Source: an uncultured Gemmatimonadales bacterium
Lineage (GTDB): Bacteria > Gemmatimonadota > Gemmatimonadetes > Gemmatimonadales > Gemmatimonadaceae
Assembly (NCBI GenBank): GCA_963701965.1
Contig: OY969695.1
Location: forward strand, 800,001 to 864,000
DNA length: 64,000 bases
Direction: 5' to 3'
Shown in pieces: positions 49,725-59,013 of this stretch (its first letter is position 1; each line of letters starts with the position of its first letter). The notes under the pieces are model-generated. The model had not been told where the DNA came from and did not search any database. It saw only the letters and a program-made list of their open reading frames with translations. The position numbers and the translations under genes were made by a program.

Positions 49725-50441
49725 CTACTGGAGCGTCAAATCGGCCGCGATCTCACTGAGTATTTTGCGCACGCGCGTGATCACTGCAATGCGGTTGGCG
49801 GCGGAGTTCAGGTGCGCATCCAGTGAGTCAGCATAATCCTGATGAGCAAGAAGCGTAGCCGCGCCGGTTCGAAGGTAACTCCTGATGTGGACCGGAGACG
49901 CCGCAATCTCGGCGAGGATCGCTGGGCGCGACGCGAGGACGGCCAGAATGTCCTCGATGTCAGTGCTCACGCGTGGATTATCGCTGCCGCGGTCCTTGTA
50001 GGCCTCCCACTTCAGCACGAGGAAGCCTGGCGCGCTGGCGTGCCGAATCTCCACGCCGTGAATGACGGTACGGACTGCGGTGTCGAACGCCACCCTGTCC
50101 CATGGGTTACCGGTCGTACCTAGGTGGTTGCCTGTCGGAACGAGGTCAAATGGCATTCCCGTCGGCGAAATCCACCGATGGGCGTGGTGTTGCCGAGCCT
50201 CCGTTCCGACCGCGTGTTTGAACCCAGCGTCGCGCAGGACACCTTCAAGCTTGCCCTGGTCCGCGTAGGTAACAGTCGCCACGATGGCATCAATGTCATC
50301 CGTCGCGCGCACACGCGGCATCGGCGGGTCGGTTTGCAGCAGCGGGGCGATAGCGCCGCCGATGAATACGATCTTTTCATTCCAGACGCCTAGCGCAGCG
50401 GCGATGGCTGCCATCGGCTTAAGCGAAGGCGAGTCGTTCAC
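49725..50441 (-). CDS. Nucleotidyltransferase, AbiEii/AbiGii-like toxin
   Basis: VFIGGA, RATDDIDA, LKWEAYKDRG, DIEDI. Confidence 0.8.
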   Translation of the reverse strand: MNDSPSLKPMAAIAAALGVWNEKIVFIGGAIAPLLQTDPPMPRVRATDDIDAIVATVTYADQGKLEGVLRDAGFKHAVGTEARQHHAHRWISPTGMPFDLVPTGNHLGTTGNPWDRVAFDTAVRTVIHGVEIRHASAPGFLVLKWEAYKDRGSDNPRVSTDIEDILAVLASRPAILAEIAASPVHIRSYLRTGAATLLAHQDYADSLDAHLNSAANRIAVITRVRKILSEIAADLTLQ

Positions 50442-50974
50442 GAAGGCGAGTTGCGGTGAACCACCAATTGACCGTACAGAATTTCCCGTAGCTTGGCCGC
50501 CGCCAACTTGCGCTCTCGCACACGACCTACGCGTAGAGCATCAACGAGCGTCAAGAGGATGTACACGCCAGGAGAGCGCCGCGGAAGTTCGGCCGCCTTC
50601 GGCAAAAGAGGTAGCACAGTCCTCCCGACGACAGTTCCGTTATCAGACGGCCAAACGATCGCATCCTCAGCAACGATATCCTCGGCCATCGCTGGCCCAG
50701 CGTGCGCAGTCGGAACACCTTTGGCCTGCGCGCCCGGAGCAGTTGGAAAGGCATAGCGAACGCCGTGCTCGAGAAATTCGAGCAAGCTAGAGCGGTTCAC
50801 GACGGATTCGTCGGCAAGCACAAGTCCTGCAGCGCGCAGCCGACCAACTGCAGCGTGCGCGTTGCTAGCACTAATCCCAAGCACCTCATGGAGTTGCTCG
50901 TACGACGCCTTGGGATACTCTATGAGACCAACCGCAACACCGATATCAACGGGCCGCAGAGTGTTTTGCTTCAT
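50438..50974 (-). CDS. wHTH protein, AbiEi-like antitoxin partner
   Basis: GGAGG RBS; HTH (LGISASNAHAAVGRL); LLEFLEHGVRYAFP, GVPTAHA, VWP, LVDALRVGRVRER; overlaps the NTase start. Confidence 0.75.
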   Translation of the reverse strand: MKQNTLRPVDIGVAVGLIEYPKASYEQLHEVLGISASNAHAAVGRLRAAGLVLADESVVNRSSLLEFLEHGVRYAFPTAPGAQAKGVPTAHAGPAMAEDIVAEDAIVWPSDNGTVVGRTVLPLLPKAAELPRRSPGVYILLTLVDALRVGRVRERKLAAAKLREILYGQLVVHRNSPS

Positions 50975-51105
50975 TCGTAGGCCTCCGTTTTGCATTCACG
51001 ATTCGCGAATCCAGAATAATACGAACGGCCGGACTCCGTGGCAACGCCAGATTGCGCTTGTACAACGGAAACGTGCGCCTGTAAGTTGTAGCGCTGGCGG
51101 TACTT

Positions 51106-51190
51106 GGAGGGCTGGCAGAATGGCTATTGCACCAGTCTTGAAAACTGGCGCGGCGAAAGCCGCTTGGGGGTTCGAGTCCCTCGCCCTCCG
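51106..51190 (+). tRNA. tRNA-Ser (TGA)
   Basis: GGAGGGC acceptor, CCAGT-CTTGAAA-ACTGG anticodon arm, long variable arm, GGTTCGAGTCC. Confidence 0.95.
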
Positions 51191-51601
51191 TCAGGCCGGC
51201 GGCACGCGCATGTCGAGCAGCGTGCGCACATCGCGCAGCAGGGTCCGCAACGACACGCGCGTCTGCTGGAGCCGAAACCGGACGTGCTGTTCCGGGTCGT
51301 CGAAGTCGAAGAGCTCGCCCGTGACGTAGGCCGCACCGGTCGACTCGATCACGACCGTCAGGTACTCCGGCCGCCCCGCGTGATTCAGCGTCGCGCGGCC
51401 TCCGACCGCCTTGTCGAGCCACGCCAGGTCGTGCGCGAACTCATCGAGATCCGCGCGGTCGAACCAGAATGGCCGGTTGTGCACGTGGCCATCGACCTGC
51501 ACGCGAAAGAGGGCGCGGTAGAGTGTGACCTCATCGGCCGGCCGAGCATCCCGCAGCTCCATCCAATCCGGAGAATTGAGCGCCTGGACGCGAATATCCA
51601 T
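51191..51601 (-). CDS. Hypothetical protein (WapI-like immunity fold possible)
   Basis: Typical codon usage; DLDEFAHDL...GRATL...LTV...VTGEL pattern. Confidence 0.6.
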   Translation of the reverse strand: MDIRVQALNSPDWMELRDARPADEVTLYRALFRVQVDGHVHNRPFWFDRADLDEFAHDLAWLDKAVGGRATLNHAGRPEYLTVVIESTGAAYVTGELFDFDDPEQHVRFRLQQTRVSLRTLLRDVRTLLDMRVPPA

Positions 51602-51609
51602 GACGGGAG

Positions 51610-52281
51610 CTAGCGTTTGCGGATCAGCAACAGGTGCTTGTCGTTGAACGGCACGCGATCGAGGACTTCGGCGCCGGGTCCCAGCGCCGCGCGATAGGCG
51701 TCGAGCCCCCTCGGCTTCTCGATGCGGTTGAGTCGCAGCTTGTTGGCCAGATACTTGTTCGTCGCCGGATCCCACAGCGTCACCAGAAACGTCGCGCCCG
51801 GCCGCAACGCCTGCCACACGTTCGCCAACGCCCGCGTGAACGCGCCATCGTCGGTGATGTGCTGCGTCACATCGATCATCCAGCCCAGGTCGAACCCGCT
51901 CGCGGGAAGACGCACTGCCCCCGCGTCGCCGAGGAGGAACTTGTAGTCCGGGTAGCGCGCGCCGAGGCGTTCAATGGAGATACTGGCGATGTCATTGCCG
52001 GTGTACGTGCGAACGCCGCGCCCGCGCAGATACTCCGTCCAGTACCCGACCCCGCTGCCGATCTCCAAGACCCGTGTATCGGCGCCGATCGTCACTTGGT
52101 AGCGCGCCAGGAGCCCGTCGATGATCGCGCGCTTCTCGGCGTACATCGCCTGATTCTCGGCCTCGCTCAGCCGAAAATGTCCGACCCCCCGCAGGTCAAA
52201 CGACTCCGACAGCAGGTCGTTCCAGTACCGCTGGGGCCTGTAGCGGAAGAGCATCTGCATGTAGATCGCAAGGCGCCGCAT
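51610..52281 (-). CDS. Class I SAM-dependent methyltransferase
   Basis: VLEIGSGVGYW, GNDI, DVTQHI, ALRPGA. Confidence 0.85.
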   Translation of the reverse strand: MRRLAIYMQMLFRYRPQRYWNDLLSESFDLRGVGHFRLSEAENQAMYAEKRAIIDGLLARYQVTIGADTRVLEIGSGVGYWTEYLRGRGVRTYTGNDIASISIERLGARYPDYKFLLGDAGAVRLPASGFDLGWMIDVTQHITDDGAFTRALANVWQALRPGATFLVTLWDPATNKYLANKLRLNRIEKPRGLDAYRAALGPGAEVLDRVPFNDKHLLLIRKR

Positions 52282-52395
52282 GGCCGGTAATCTACGCGCC
52301 GTCTCGACCGGGCAAACCCTTTCCGGCCCGCTCCGCATTGCGGGGGGAGCCGACGGGGCACAGATTCGCCGCAACTTCCGGGAGACAACCTGACA

Positions 52396-53352
52396 TTGAT
52401 CGGTGCGGCGACACGGTGGGCCACCGTCGGCTGGCTGGCGCTACCCGGCGCGCTCGCGGCCCAGGTCGCGCGGCCGCTCGCGACATTGCCCGTCGCAGCA
52501 CGCGTGTCACTCCCCGCGTCGCCGGACTGGATGACGATAGGGTTGGGCGCCGTGTGGGTCGTGAACTACAAACCCGATCGTCTGTCGCGGCTCGACCCCG
52601 CGACCGGTCGGGTCGTGGCCGACATTCCCATTGGGCGCAAGGCATGCCTTGGCATCGTGACGGCGCTCGGCCACGTCTGGGTGCCCACGTGCGAGGACGG
52701 CACCTTGCACGAGATCGATCCCGCGACCAATCGCGTCGTGCGGCGGATCGCCGTGCCGATCGCGGGCGGTCGCGAGGGCGCATTCGCGTTCGCCAATGGG
52801 AGCTTCTGGATCGGCGCCAACGTGCCCGACTCAATGTCGTCCGTCATCGTACGCATCGATCCGCGCTCCGGCACGATCCAGCGGCGCATACCGGTGAGCG
52901 CGCGATCCGACGTCGTCGTCGCCGGCTTCGGCGCGGTCTGGGTGGCGAGCACCGCGACCGATTCCGTGCTACGGATCGACCCGCAGCACAATGCAGTGGT
53001 CGCCCGCATCGGCGTCGGTCCCTCGCCCAAGTTCATGACTGTCGGCTCGGGATCCCTCTGGGTGCAAAACCAAAAAGACGGGTCGGTTTCCCGGGTCAGT
53101 CCCACGACCAACCACGAAATCGTTCGGATCGCAGCCCACGCACCGACCGCATGGGGCGACATCGCCGCCGGCCAGGGCGCGATCTGGTTGAGCGTCGACA
53201 GCACGCCAATCACCCGCATCGACCCCACCACCAATCGCGTCACCTACCAGTACGTCGGCGGCAGCGGCGCGGACGCGATCCGTGTGGGATTCGGCGCGGT
53301 GTGGGTCGCCGACCACGCACACGGCGAGGTGTGGCGCGTCGATTTCAAATAG
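52396..53352 (+). CDS. Secreted beta-propeller protein (Vgb/YncE-like)
   Basis: Signal peptide and repeated G.GAVWV...RIDP.TN.VV blades. Confidence 0.85.
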   Translation: MIGAATRWATVGWLALPGALAAQVARPLATLPVAARVSLPASPDWMTIGLGAVWVVNYKPDRLSRLDPATGRVVADIPIGRKACLGIVTALGHVWVPTCEDGTLHEIDPATNRVVRRIAVPIAGGREGAFAFANGSFWIGANVPDSMSSVIVRIDPRSGTIQRRIPVSARSDVVVAGFGAVWVASTATDSVLRIDPQHNAVVARIGVGPSPKFMTVGSGSLWVQNQKDGSVSRVSPTTNHEIVRIAAHAPTAWGDIAAGQGAIWLSVDSTPITRIDPTTNRVTYQYVGGSGADAIRVGFGAVWVADHAHGEVWRVDFK

Positions 53353-53427
53353 CGCGAACGAACACGAGCATGTCGGACGGTACGCCAGGGGCTTGCATAG
53401 GTACGCGTTGGTACCTATACTAGTCTC

Positions 53428-54159
53428 ATGCGTACCGTTCTGGGTATGCGCCAGCGAGGCGCCGAGATCTTGGACGAGAAAGGAACCGATCCGCGGATTA
53501 TCCTGAGAGCGATGAGCAATGTCATGCTCTCCAACCGCCTCTTCGGCGGCGCCGCCGCCGTGGTCGCCGAGCTCCATACCGTCGCCCCGACGCTCCCGGC
53601 GCGCGCCACGCTGCTCGACGTCGGAACCGGGATGGGCGACATCCCCGCGGTCGCCCGCCGGATCGCGGCGCACCACGGCGTGACACTCCAGACGATCGGG
53701 CTCGATGCGGACGAGACGCTGGCGCGCGAGGCCGCGCGCCGGAAGTCGCACGCAGTCTGCGGCGACGCGCTGAGACTACCCTTCGCCACCAAGAGCGTCA
53801 ATGTGGTCATCTGCTCCCAGGTACTCCACCACTTTTTCGACGACAATGTGCCGCGCCTCCTCCGCGAGCTCGACCGCGTGGCGCGATTCCGGGTGATCAT
53901 CAGTGATCTGCGCCGGAGTCGTATGGCGGCGACGCTCTTCTGGGCCGCGGCCACGGCCCTGCGGTTTCATCCCGTGAGCCGCCACGACGGACTCGTCTCG
54001 ATCGGACGGGGATTTACGACCGACGATCTCCGGACGTCGCTCGCGGTCGCGATCGGCCATCGCGGTCGCGTACGATCACGCCCGGGTTGGCGCCTGACGG
54101 CGACATGGACGCCGATGCCGAACTGGAACGCGGCGGCATCGCGCGCAACGGCCGCGTGA
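53428..54159 (+). CDS. SAM-dependent methyltransferase
   Basis: EILD, LLDVGTGMGD, GDALRLPF, SQVLHHF, DLRRS, HDGLVSI. Confidence 0.85.
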   Translation: MRTVLGMRQRGAEILDEKGTDPRIILRAMSNVMLSNRLFGGAAAVVAELHTVAPTLPARATLLDVGTGMGDIPAVARRIAAHHGVTLQTIGLDADETLAREAARRKSHAVCGDALRLPFATKSVNVVICSQVLHHFFDDNVPRLLRELDRVARFRVIISDLRRSRMAATLFWAAATALRFHPVSRHDGLVSIGRGFTTDDLRTSLAVAIGHRGRVRSRPGWRLTATWTPMPNWNAAASRATAA

Positions 54160-54749
54160 CGCTCACCGACCCTCGCGATTTTCGGGCGCGCCAGCGCGAG
54201 ATTCGCGAGGAGGCGATCTTGAGCGCCACCGCCGAGTTGATCGGCGAGGTCGGATACGAGGCCATGAGCACCGACGACGTCGCGGCCCGCGTCGGCATCT
54301 CCAAACGCACCCTGTACGATCACTTCCCTTCCAAGGAATTGCTCGTCGTGCACGTAGTCACGAGCGGCATGGAAGCGGTCGAACGCGCCTTCAATGCCGT
54401 CGACCCCTCGCTCTCCGCGATCGACCGTCTGACCGAAGCGCTTCGGATCGCCGTGCGGCACCGCCTCACGCGCTGGGGCTGGGGCACGCCCCTGCCGCGA
54501 ACGACGTTGGAGCGCCACGAGGACTACGTGCTCATCCGCCGACGGGCCAGCGCCCGACTCGCGGCATGGATCGACGAGGGCAAGCGCCAAGGCAGCATCG
54601 ACGCCGGCCTGCCGACCACGTTACTCGTCCGACTCATCATGCACTGGTTCTCGGTCGACCTCTCCGGGATCGTGCAGACGAGCGGGCTACCCGAAGCCGA
54701 CGTGCCGGACGCTATTGTGCAGGTCGTGCTCGCGGGGGTGCGTGCCTGA
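54156..54749 (+). CDS. TetR/AcrR family regulator
   Basis: GYEAMSTDDVAARVGISKRTLYDHFPSKELL. Confidence 0.92.
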   Translation: MTLTDPRDFRARQREIREEAILSATAELIGEVGYEAMSTDDVAARVGISKRTLYDHFPSKELLVVHVVTSGMEAVERAFNAVDPSLSAIDRLTEALRIAVRHRLTRWGWGTPLPRTTLERHEDYVLIRRRASARLAAWIDEGKRQGSIDAGLPTTLLVRLIMHWFSVDLSGIVQTSGLPEADVPDAIVQVVLAGVRA

Positions 54750-55132
54750 CGACGAGAGTTCCGAACTCAAGAAAGTAATGTTGTCCGCTCGAGAACCTGA
54801 CGCGACTCTCTGTAGACTTCACATCATGAAGCAGCTCCCCTACGGCCTTGCCGACTTGATCTTCGCGGAGCGCATCGAGCTGGCCCAGGACCTTACCCCG
54901 GGAGAACCAGAGGGAAGGGTGGGGCATCGCTCCCCACCCAGTGCGCGAGAGGGGATGAGAATGCCGAGCACGTGACTTCTACGTATTTCCCGCACATGTA
55001 GTTAACGGAGCTTGCAATTTGGCAAGATGATGAGCCTCGGGGCGCGTACTGCTTATGCCTAGCGCTCTCAACCAATGATGTCCATATTGGCGCAATATCA
55101 CCTGCAGTCGAATCACTTGTCCCGAGGTTCAG

Positions 55133-55599
55133 ATGGAAGCAGGCGAGGAGTCGACGAGGGGGCCAAAGTACCCATTCAATGTCAGTCTCAGCCCTGTCTG
55201 GGACACGAGTCAAGAGCGCGCGTACATGGAGAATCTGCTTAACCAGCGCGTTGGTTTCTTCCTTGTGTTCTTTGCCCTCGTTGTCGCGGGGGCCGTCAAC
55301 GCAAAGACGCGGGAGCTGCAACTGGCGATTCTAGCAAGCGGCCTTCTAATCGCCGCTCTCCTCTATCTTCCCATCTGTAGAGCGAGTGCCAAGGTAGATC
55401 TTCTCGTCAAAGCGCTACTCGCTTGCAGGAGCCACCCCGCAAAGCTTGCTGACGATCAGGCGAACGAGCTGGAAGGTATCGGGAGATTCTCTAGGGTAAC
55501 CTGGTCAGCGTTGTCCCCGGGACATGTGTAGTTCTCCTGGTTATCGCACTGATCGTCGCGTTGTGCACCCACGCGTTCGATCCACCCACGCCTAAGTAG
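55133..55599 (+). CDS. Small multi-TM membrane protein (RipA/SLATT-like effector candidate), frameshift near 55498
   Basis: ERAYMENLLNQRVGFFLVFFALVVAG, a second TM, and a third TM (CVVLLVIALIVAL) in a shifted frame ending at TAG 55599. Confidence 0.6.
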
Positions 55600-55753
55600 C
55601 GCGCGTCCACTCTCCGCCCGCTCAACGGGGTACTGAGTCGTGAGACGCGCACTAAGCCGAGAGAGCCTGTGTCCACAGCGCGGGGTGCCTCATGCATCGG
55701 CACTGGCCAGGGTAGCCACATAGCCGTTCCCTTACATTAACCAAACGTGAGGT

Positions 55754-56626
55754 ATGTCTAACAACAATGCAGCAAGCCGGCTCGTGTGGTTAATGAAACG
55801 AGCACACGAGGTCGAAGGCGGCAGGGTTTCCTCGCCAGCCGGTGACGTCTGGCCCGTGGTATTCGATACCGGCGACGGAATGCCGATCGCCGGCGACCCA
55901 GAGGTGGCGCGCTTGCTGACGTTGGCTTCACAGCAAGTCGACATGGTTCAGAGAGCGTTACATGCCCGACACCTTGAGGAGGCAACCTACGCCAAATACC
56001 TCACTGCGATACGGCACGCGTTGTCGCTAAGGCATCTCCAAGCAACATGGCAGCAAGTCGCCATGGCGCCTTTCAGCGAACCGGTAATCGCCAGCATGGA
56101 AATGGCCGCCGGGTTGCTGGATGAAACAGAGCCCGCCATAACGATCGAACAAATGTCCGATGTGCGGAAGATCGTCGCTGAATTTCGTGAAGCAGTCGGT
56201 GTGTCGGCCGCCGATGTGCCTCCCGTCGTCGTTGGTTTCCTACTTCGCCAAGCCGCGCTGATCGAAGGCGCGCTTCGCGCATACCCGATTGTTGGCGCTA
56301 AGGCTTTTCGCGACGCCTCCGATGCCGCAATAGTAGACGTGGTTGAACATGCGCAGGACGTGCGAGAGTACATAGACGCCACACCTGTCGTATTGTGGGC
56401 GCGCCTGTGGCCCCGAGTTGCCAAAGTATGCCGCGGCATTGCGGTCATAAGCATCGGTGTGGGGGCGGCCTGCAAGGATGTGACGGCGGCGATCAACTTG
56501 CTTGACGGCTATCACGCGCTTCCCCCGGCGGCCATGAAAGTGCTAGCGCCTTTTGTTGATACCAACGGCGGTGAGCATCCCGCGATTCCTCGACTATCTC
56601 CTGCTGCGGACGAAATCGCGGACTAA
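55754..56626 (+). CDS. Hypothetical alpha-helical protein
   Basis: GAGGT RBS; 290-aa ORF (NNAASRL...VW..VF...AYPIVGA); atypical codon usage. Confidence 0.75.
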   Translation: MSNNNAASRLVWLMKRAHEVEGGRVSSPAGDVWPVVFDTGDGMPIAGDPEVARLLTLASQQVDMVQRALHARHLEEATYAKYLTAIRHALSLRHLQATWQQVAMAPFSEPVIASMEMAAGLLDETEPAITIEQMSDVRKIVAEFREAVGVSAADVPPVVVGFLLRQAALIEGALRAYPIVGAKAFRDASDAAIVDVVEHAQDVREYIDATPVVLWARLWPRVAKVCRGIAVISIGVGAACKDVTAAINLLDGYHALPPAAMKVLAPFVDTNGGEHPAIPRLSPAADEIAD

Positions 56627-56702
56627 TCGAGAGTCGCCAAGCTCTCGGCGAAGGGAGCGCCGACTTGTTTGTCAGCACAGTGCCTCACCCCTCTGGCAAG
56701 CC

Positions 56703-57401
56703 ATGACCACCGACCTTGTTGCCAATGTAATCCAATTGGGTGCCCCGCTAGTCGCCGTCGGACTGACGACAATGTTCAACGTGTGGGTGTGGCGTGGGCA
56801 GAGTCGGGAAGAATGGGCTGCGCGTCGCCGGGATCAATCAGACGAATGGGACCAACGGCGACGCGAACAGCGAGCTAGGGACGAGCGGCACGATCAGCAG
56901 AGCGACGAGGCAGATCGGAAGCGCCGAGTCATCATCGCGACAGCCCTGCTCACGGAGCTTCGTTGGACTGAACGCGCTGTTCGCCAGCTCGCAGTGAATG
57001 AACAGGCTGGAAACACGTCCGGCAGAGTCCTAATGCCGGTGTACGATAAATTCGCGTTAGAGCTGCCACTGTTTGACGGCCCCGTGGTGCGTCGCCTTGT
57101 CGAACTCCATGAACTCGTCTTGCAACTAAACGCTACTCTCGGTCTTCGCGGATCGGGCAATGTGGTACAGAATCTTGGGCGATTTCATCACTGGGTGCGC
57201 GTACAAGCGGCCTTTGTCGCTCGCGCAATTCCGGCACTTCGACGCGACTTGGAGGCGGCCGGTGGCTTGCCTCTCGAAGACCCACCGGACATCACGATAT
57301 TTCCGCGAGAGCCCACAATGCCATCCCGCGCTTGGCCCCAAGACGATGCGGCGCCGATCTCGCCGGCAGTGTTCGTCCCCGGTCAGATATTCTCGCCTTA
57401 G
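56703..57401 (+). CDS. Hypothetical protein with N-terminal TM and coiled coil
   Basis: Hydrophobic N-terminus, R/E/Q-rich coil, ALLTEL motif. Confidence 0.6.
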   Translation: MTTDLVANVIQLGAPLVAVGLTTMFNVWVWRGQSREEWAARRRDQSDEWDQRRREQRARDERHDQQSDEADRKRRVIIATALLTELRWTERAVRQLAVNEQAGNTSGRVLMPVYDKFALELPLFDGPVVRRLVELHELVLQLNATLGLRGSGNVVQNLGRFHHWVRVQAAFVARAIPALRRDLEAAGGLPLEDPPDITIFPREPTMPSRAWPQDDAAPISPAVFVPGQIFSP

Positions 57402-57516
57402 AGTCTTGGGCGGATAGCGGGCCAACGGAGCATTCGGTACCGGGCCAAGGCAATGTCAAGAGTGGACGTCCAGCTGGCATACGTCGGTGCGCGCCCGCTA
57501 ATCCATCACACACCGA

Positions 57517-58446
57517 ATGCCTCGTCACATCTCCATCGCAGATGCCAACGTCTATCGTGGCTTGAGCCGAGAACGCACGCTAGCGCTCCGTGAGCGCGAA
57601 CGCCAGCAAGGTGTCATGCCTGTAGCGCACTTCGCGACTATTTTCGAGCTGCTGTCCCGACTAGCTGATCCCCCCGATAGTCGTGCGTATGGTCAATGCC
57701 GCCGGGGGCTGGCGGTAATGTGGGAGCACTGCCGCCTGTGGAGTTTCGGCGACTATATGCCCCAGGAGGACAGCAACACTATTCTCGCGGGTCTGCTGTT
57801 TGGCCGGATGCCGCCGAACGTGGAGCGATTCCTAGAGGCGCATACCGCCCTGATTAAACGTGTCGCTTCGGCTGCTAGGGATGACCCTCTCGCTGACATC
57901 GCCAATTCGATCGCTGTTGCCAGAAAACATGTCGATGCGGAGGAACGGAGGTTCGTTACACACTTCAAGACAACAGCCGAGCCCATTCTGCGGAGTGCTG
58001 AGGCCCGCAACCGTAGCGGAGAGGACATAGCCAGATTGCGTAATCAGGTTGAGGAATTCCTCAGTGGAGACACGGCGATCAACGAGCTTGCGCGGGCGCA
58101 GGTACTAGAGACGGCCCGGACGCTCGACATCATCCTCACGGAGGCCGAAATCGAGGATCGGACGGATGCCCTGAGCGCAGCCTGCAAGACATCACTAGAA
58201 CTTATAAAGGAGATAGGGCGTAAAGTTATTCTGACCGAAATCAAGATCGAGAAGCCGGAACGCCGCAATTGGGTCTGGGACTATGACGTCGCATTCAGCA
58301 TCAACAAGGCCGACCTGGTCGACGCTGGGGCCGCGGTGCTGGTCACTGGCGATCGGGATATCCACCTCGCCGCCGAGCGGGCAGGTGAGGCGAATCGCGT
58401 GATGACCCTCGATCAATACGAACGCTGGCTCAATCAGACAGACTGA
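57517..58446 (+). CDS. PIN-like nuclease domain protein with a large helical insertion
   Basis: ISIADANVY (first Asp), FATIFELL (Glu), NWVWDYDV and VLVTGDRDI acidic motifs separated by about 200 aa of helix. Confidence 0.65.
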   Translation: MPRHISIADANVYRGLSRERTLALRERERQQGVMPVAHFATIFELLSRLADPPDSRAYGQCRRGLAVMWEHCRLWSFGDYMPQEDSNTILAGLLFGRMPPNVERFLEAHTALIKRVASAARDDPLADIANSIAVARKHVDAEERRFVTHFKTTAEPILRSAEARNRSGEDIARLRNQVEEFLSGDTAINELARAQVLETARTLDIILTEAEIEDRTDALSAACKTSLELIKEIGRKVILTEIKIEKPERRNWVWDYDVAFSINKADLVDAGAAVLVTGDRDIHLAAERAGEANRVMTLDQYERWLNQTD

Positions 58447-58473
58447 TCAATGTTCGCCCTCCCCCCGCGACTA

Positions 58474-58926
58474 CTATCTCCAGCCGTTGACGAAGCTAGA
58501 CCGTCGGCCCTGAGCAACAGGCCATTGCGGCTTGGGGGCTCCAGGAATTGCCGCGCTATATCTGCACCCTGAGACGCAGACTAGAAAGCCGTTGTTCCTG
58601 TCGGTCATGCGCATTTCGAGATGGCCGGCCCCATCTAGGCACTTGGGACAAAACGGACCATCCTTTCTGCTCTCGCCCTCAATGACCCAATACGCGCCGT
58701 CAACGAACGTCATGGCACGGCGTCTCTGCAGTCGTCCTAATTCGTTGTCCAACTCGCGCAGTCGAAGAGAAAGAGTGTCGTTTTCTCGCGCGAGACGAGC
58801 CTTTTCGGCGATGTCGCTCTGCTGGATATCCTGAAGTGCCAAGATTTCGCGATAGAGGTCGATTTTGCCGGCCTTCGTCAGAATGCCACCAAGTTCCTTG
58901 AGCGATTCGATGCTGAGAATCGACAT
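58474..58926 (-). CDS. Coiled-coil plus Zn-ribbon protein
   Basis: GAGGTG RBS; coiled coil, then GPFCPKC...CVSGC. Confidence 0.75.
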   Translation of the reverse strand: MSILSIESLKELGGILTKAGKIDLYREILALQDIQQSDIAEKARLARENDTLSLRLRELDNELGRLQRRRAMTFVDGAYWVIEGESRKDGPFCPKCLDGAGHLEMRMTDRNNGFLVCVSGCRYSAAIPGAPKPQWPVAQGRRSSFVNGWR

Positions 58927-59013
58927 AGACACGACTCATCACCTCACTACGGGATTGGCTAGCGGTGAAGACGCACCCTACTCTAAGGCTACTTGGGCCA
59001 TAGCGTAAGGCGA

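Noticed and set aside
51106..51190. Possible tRNA-Sec given the long variable arm and selA nearby
   Set aside because: The anticodon is TGA (reads UCA, Ser), not TCA, and the acceptor stem is a normal 7 bp.
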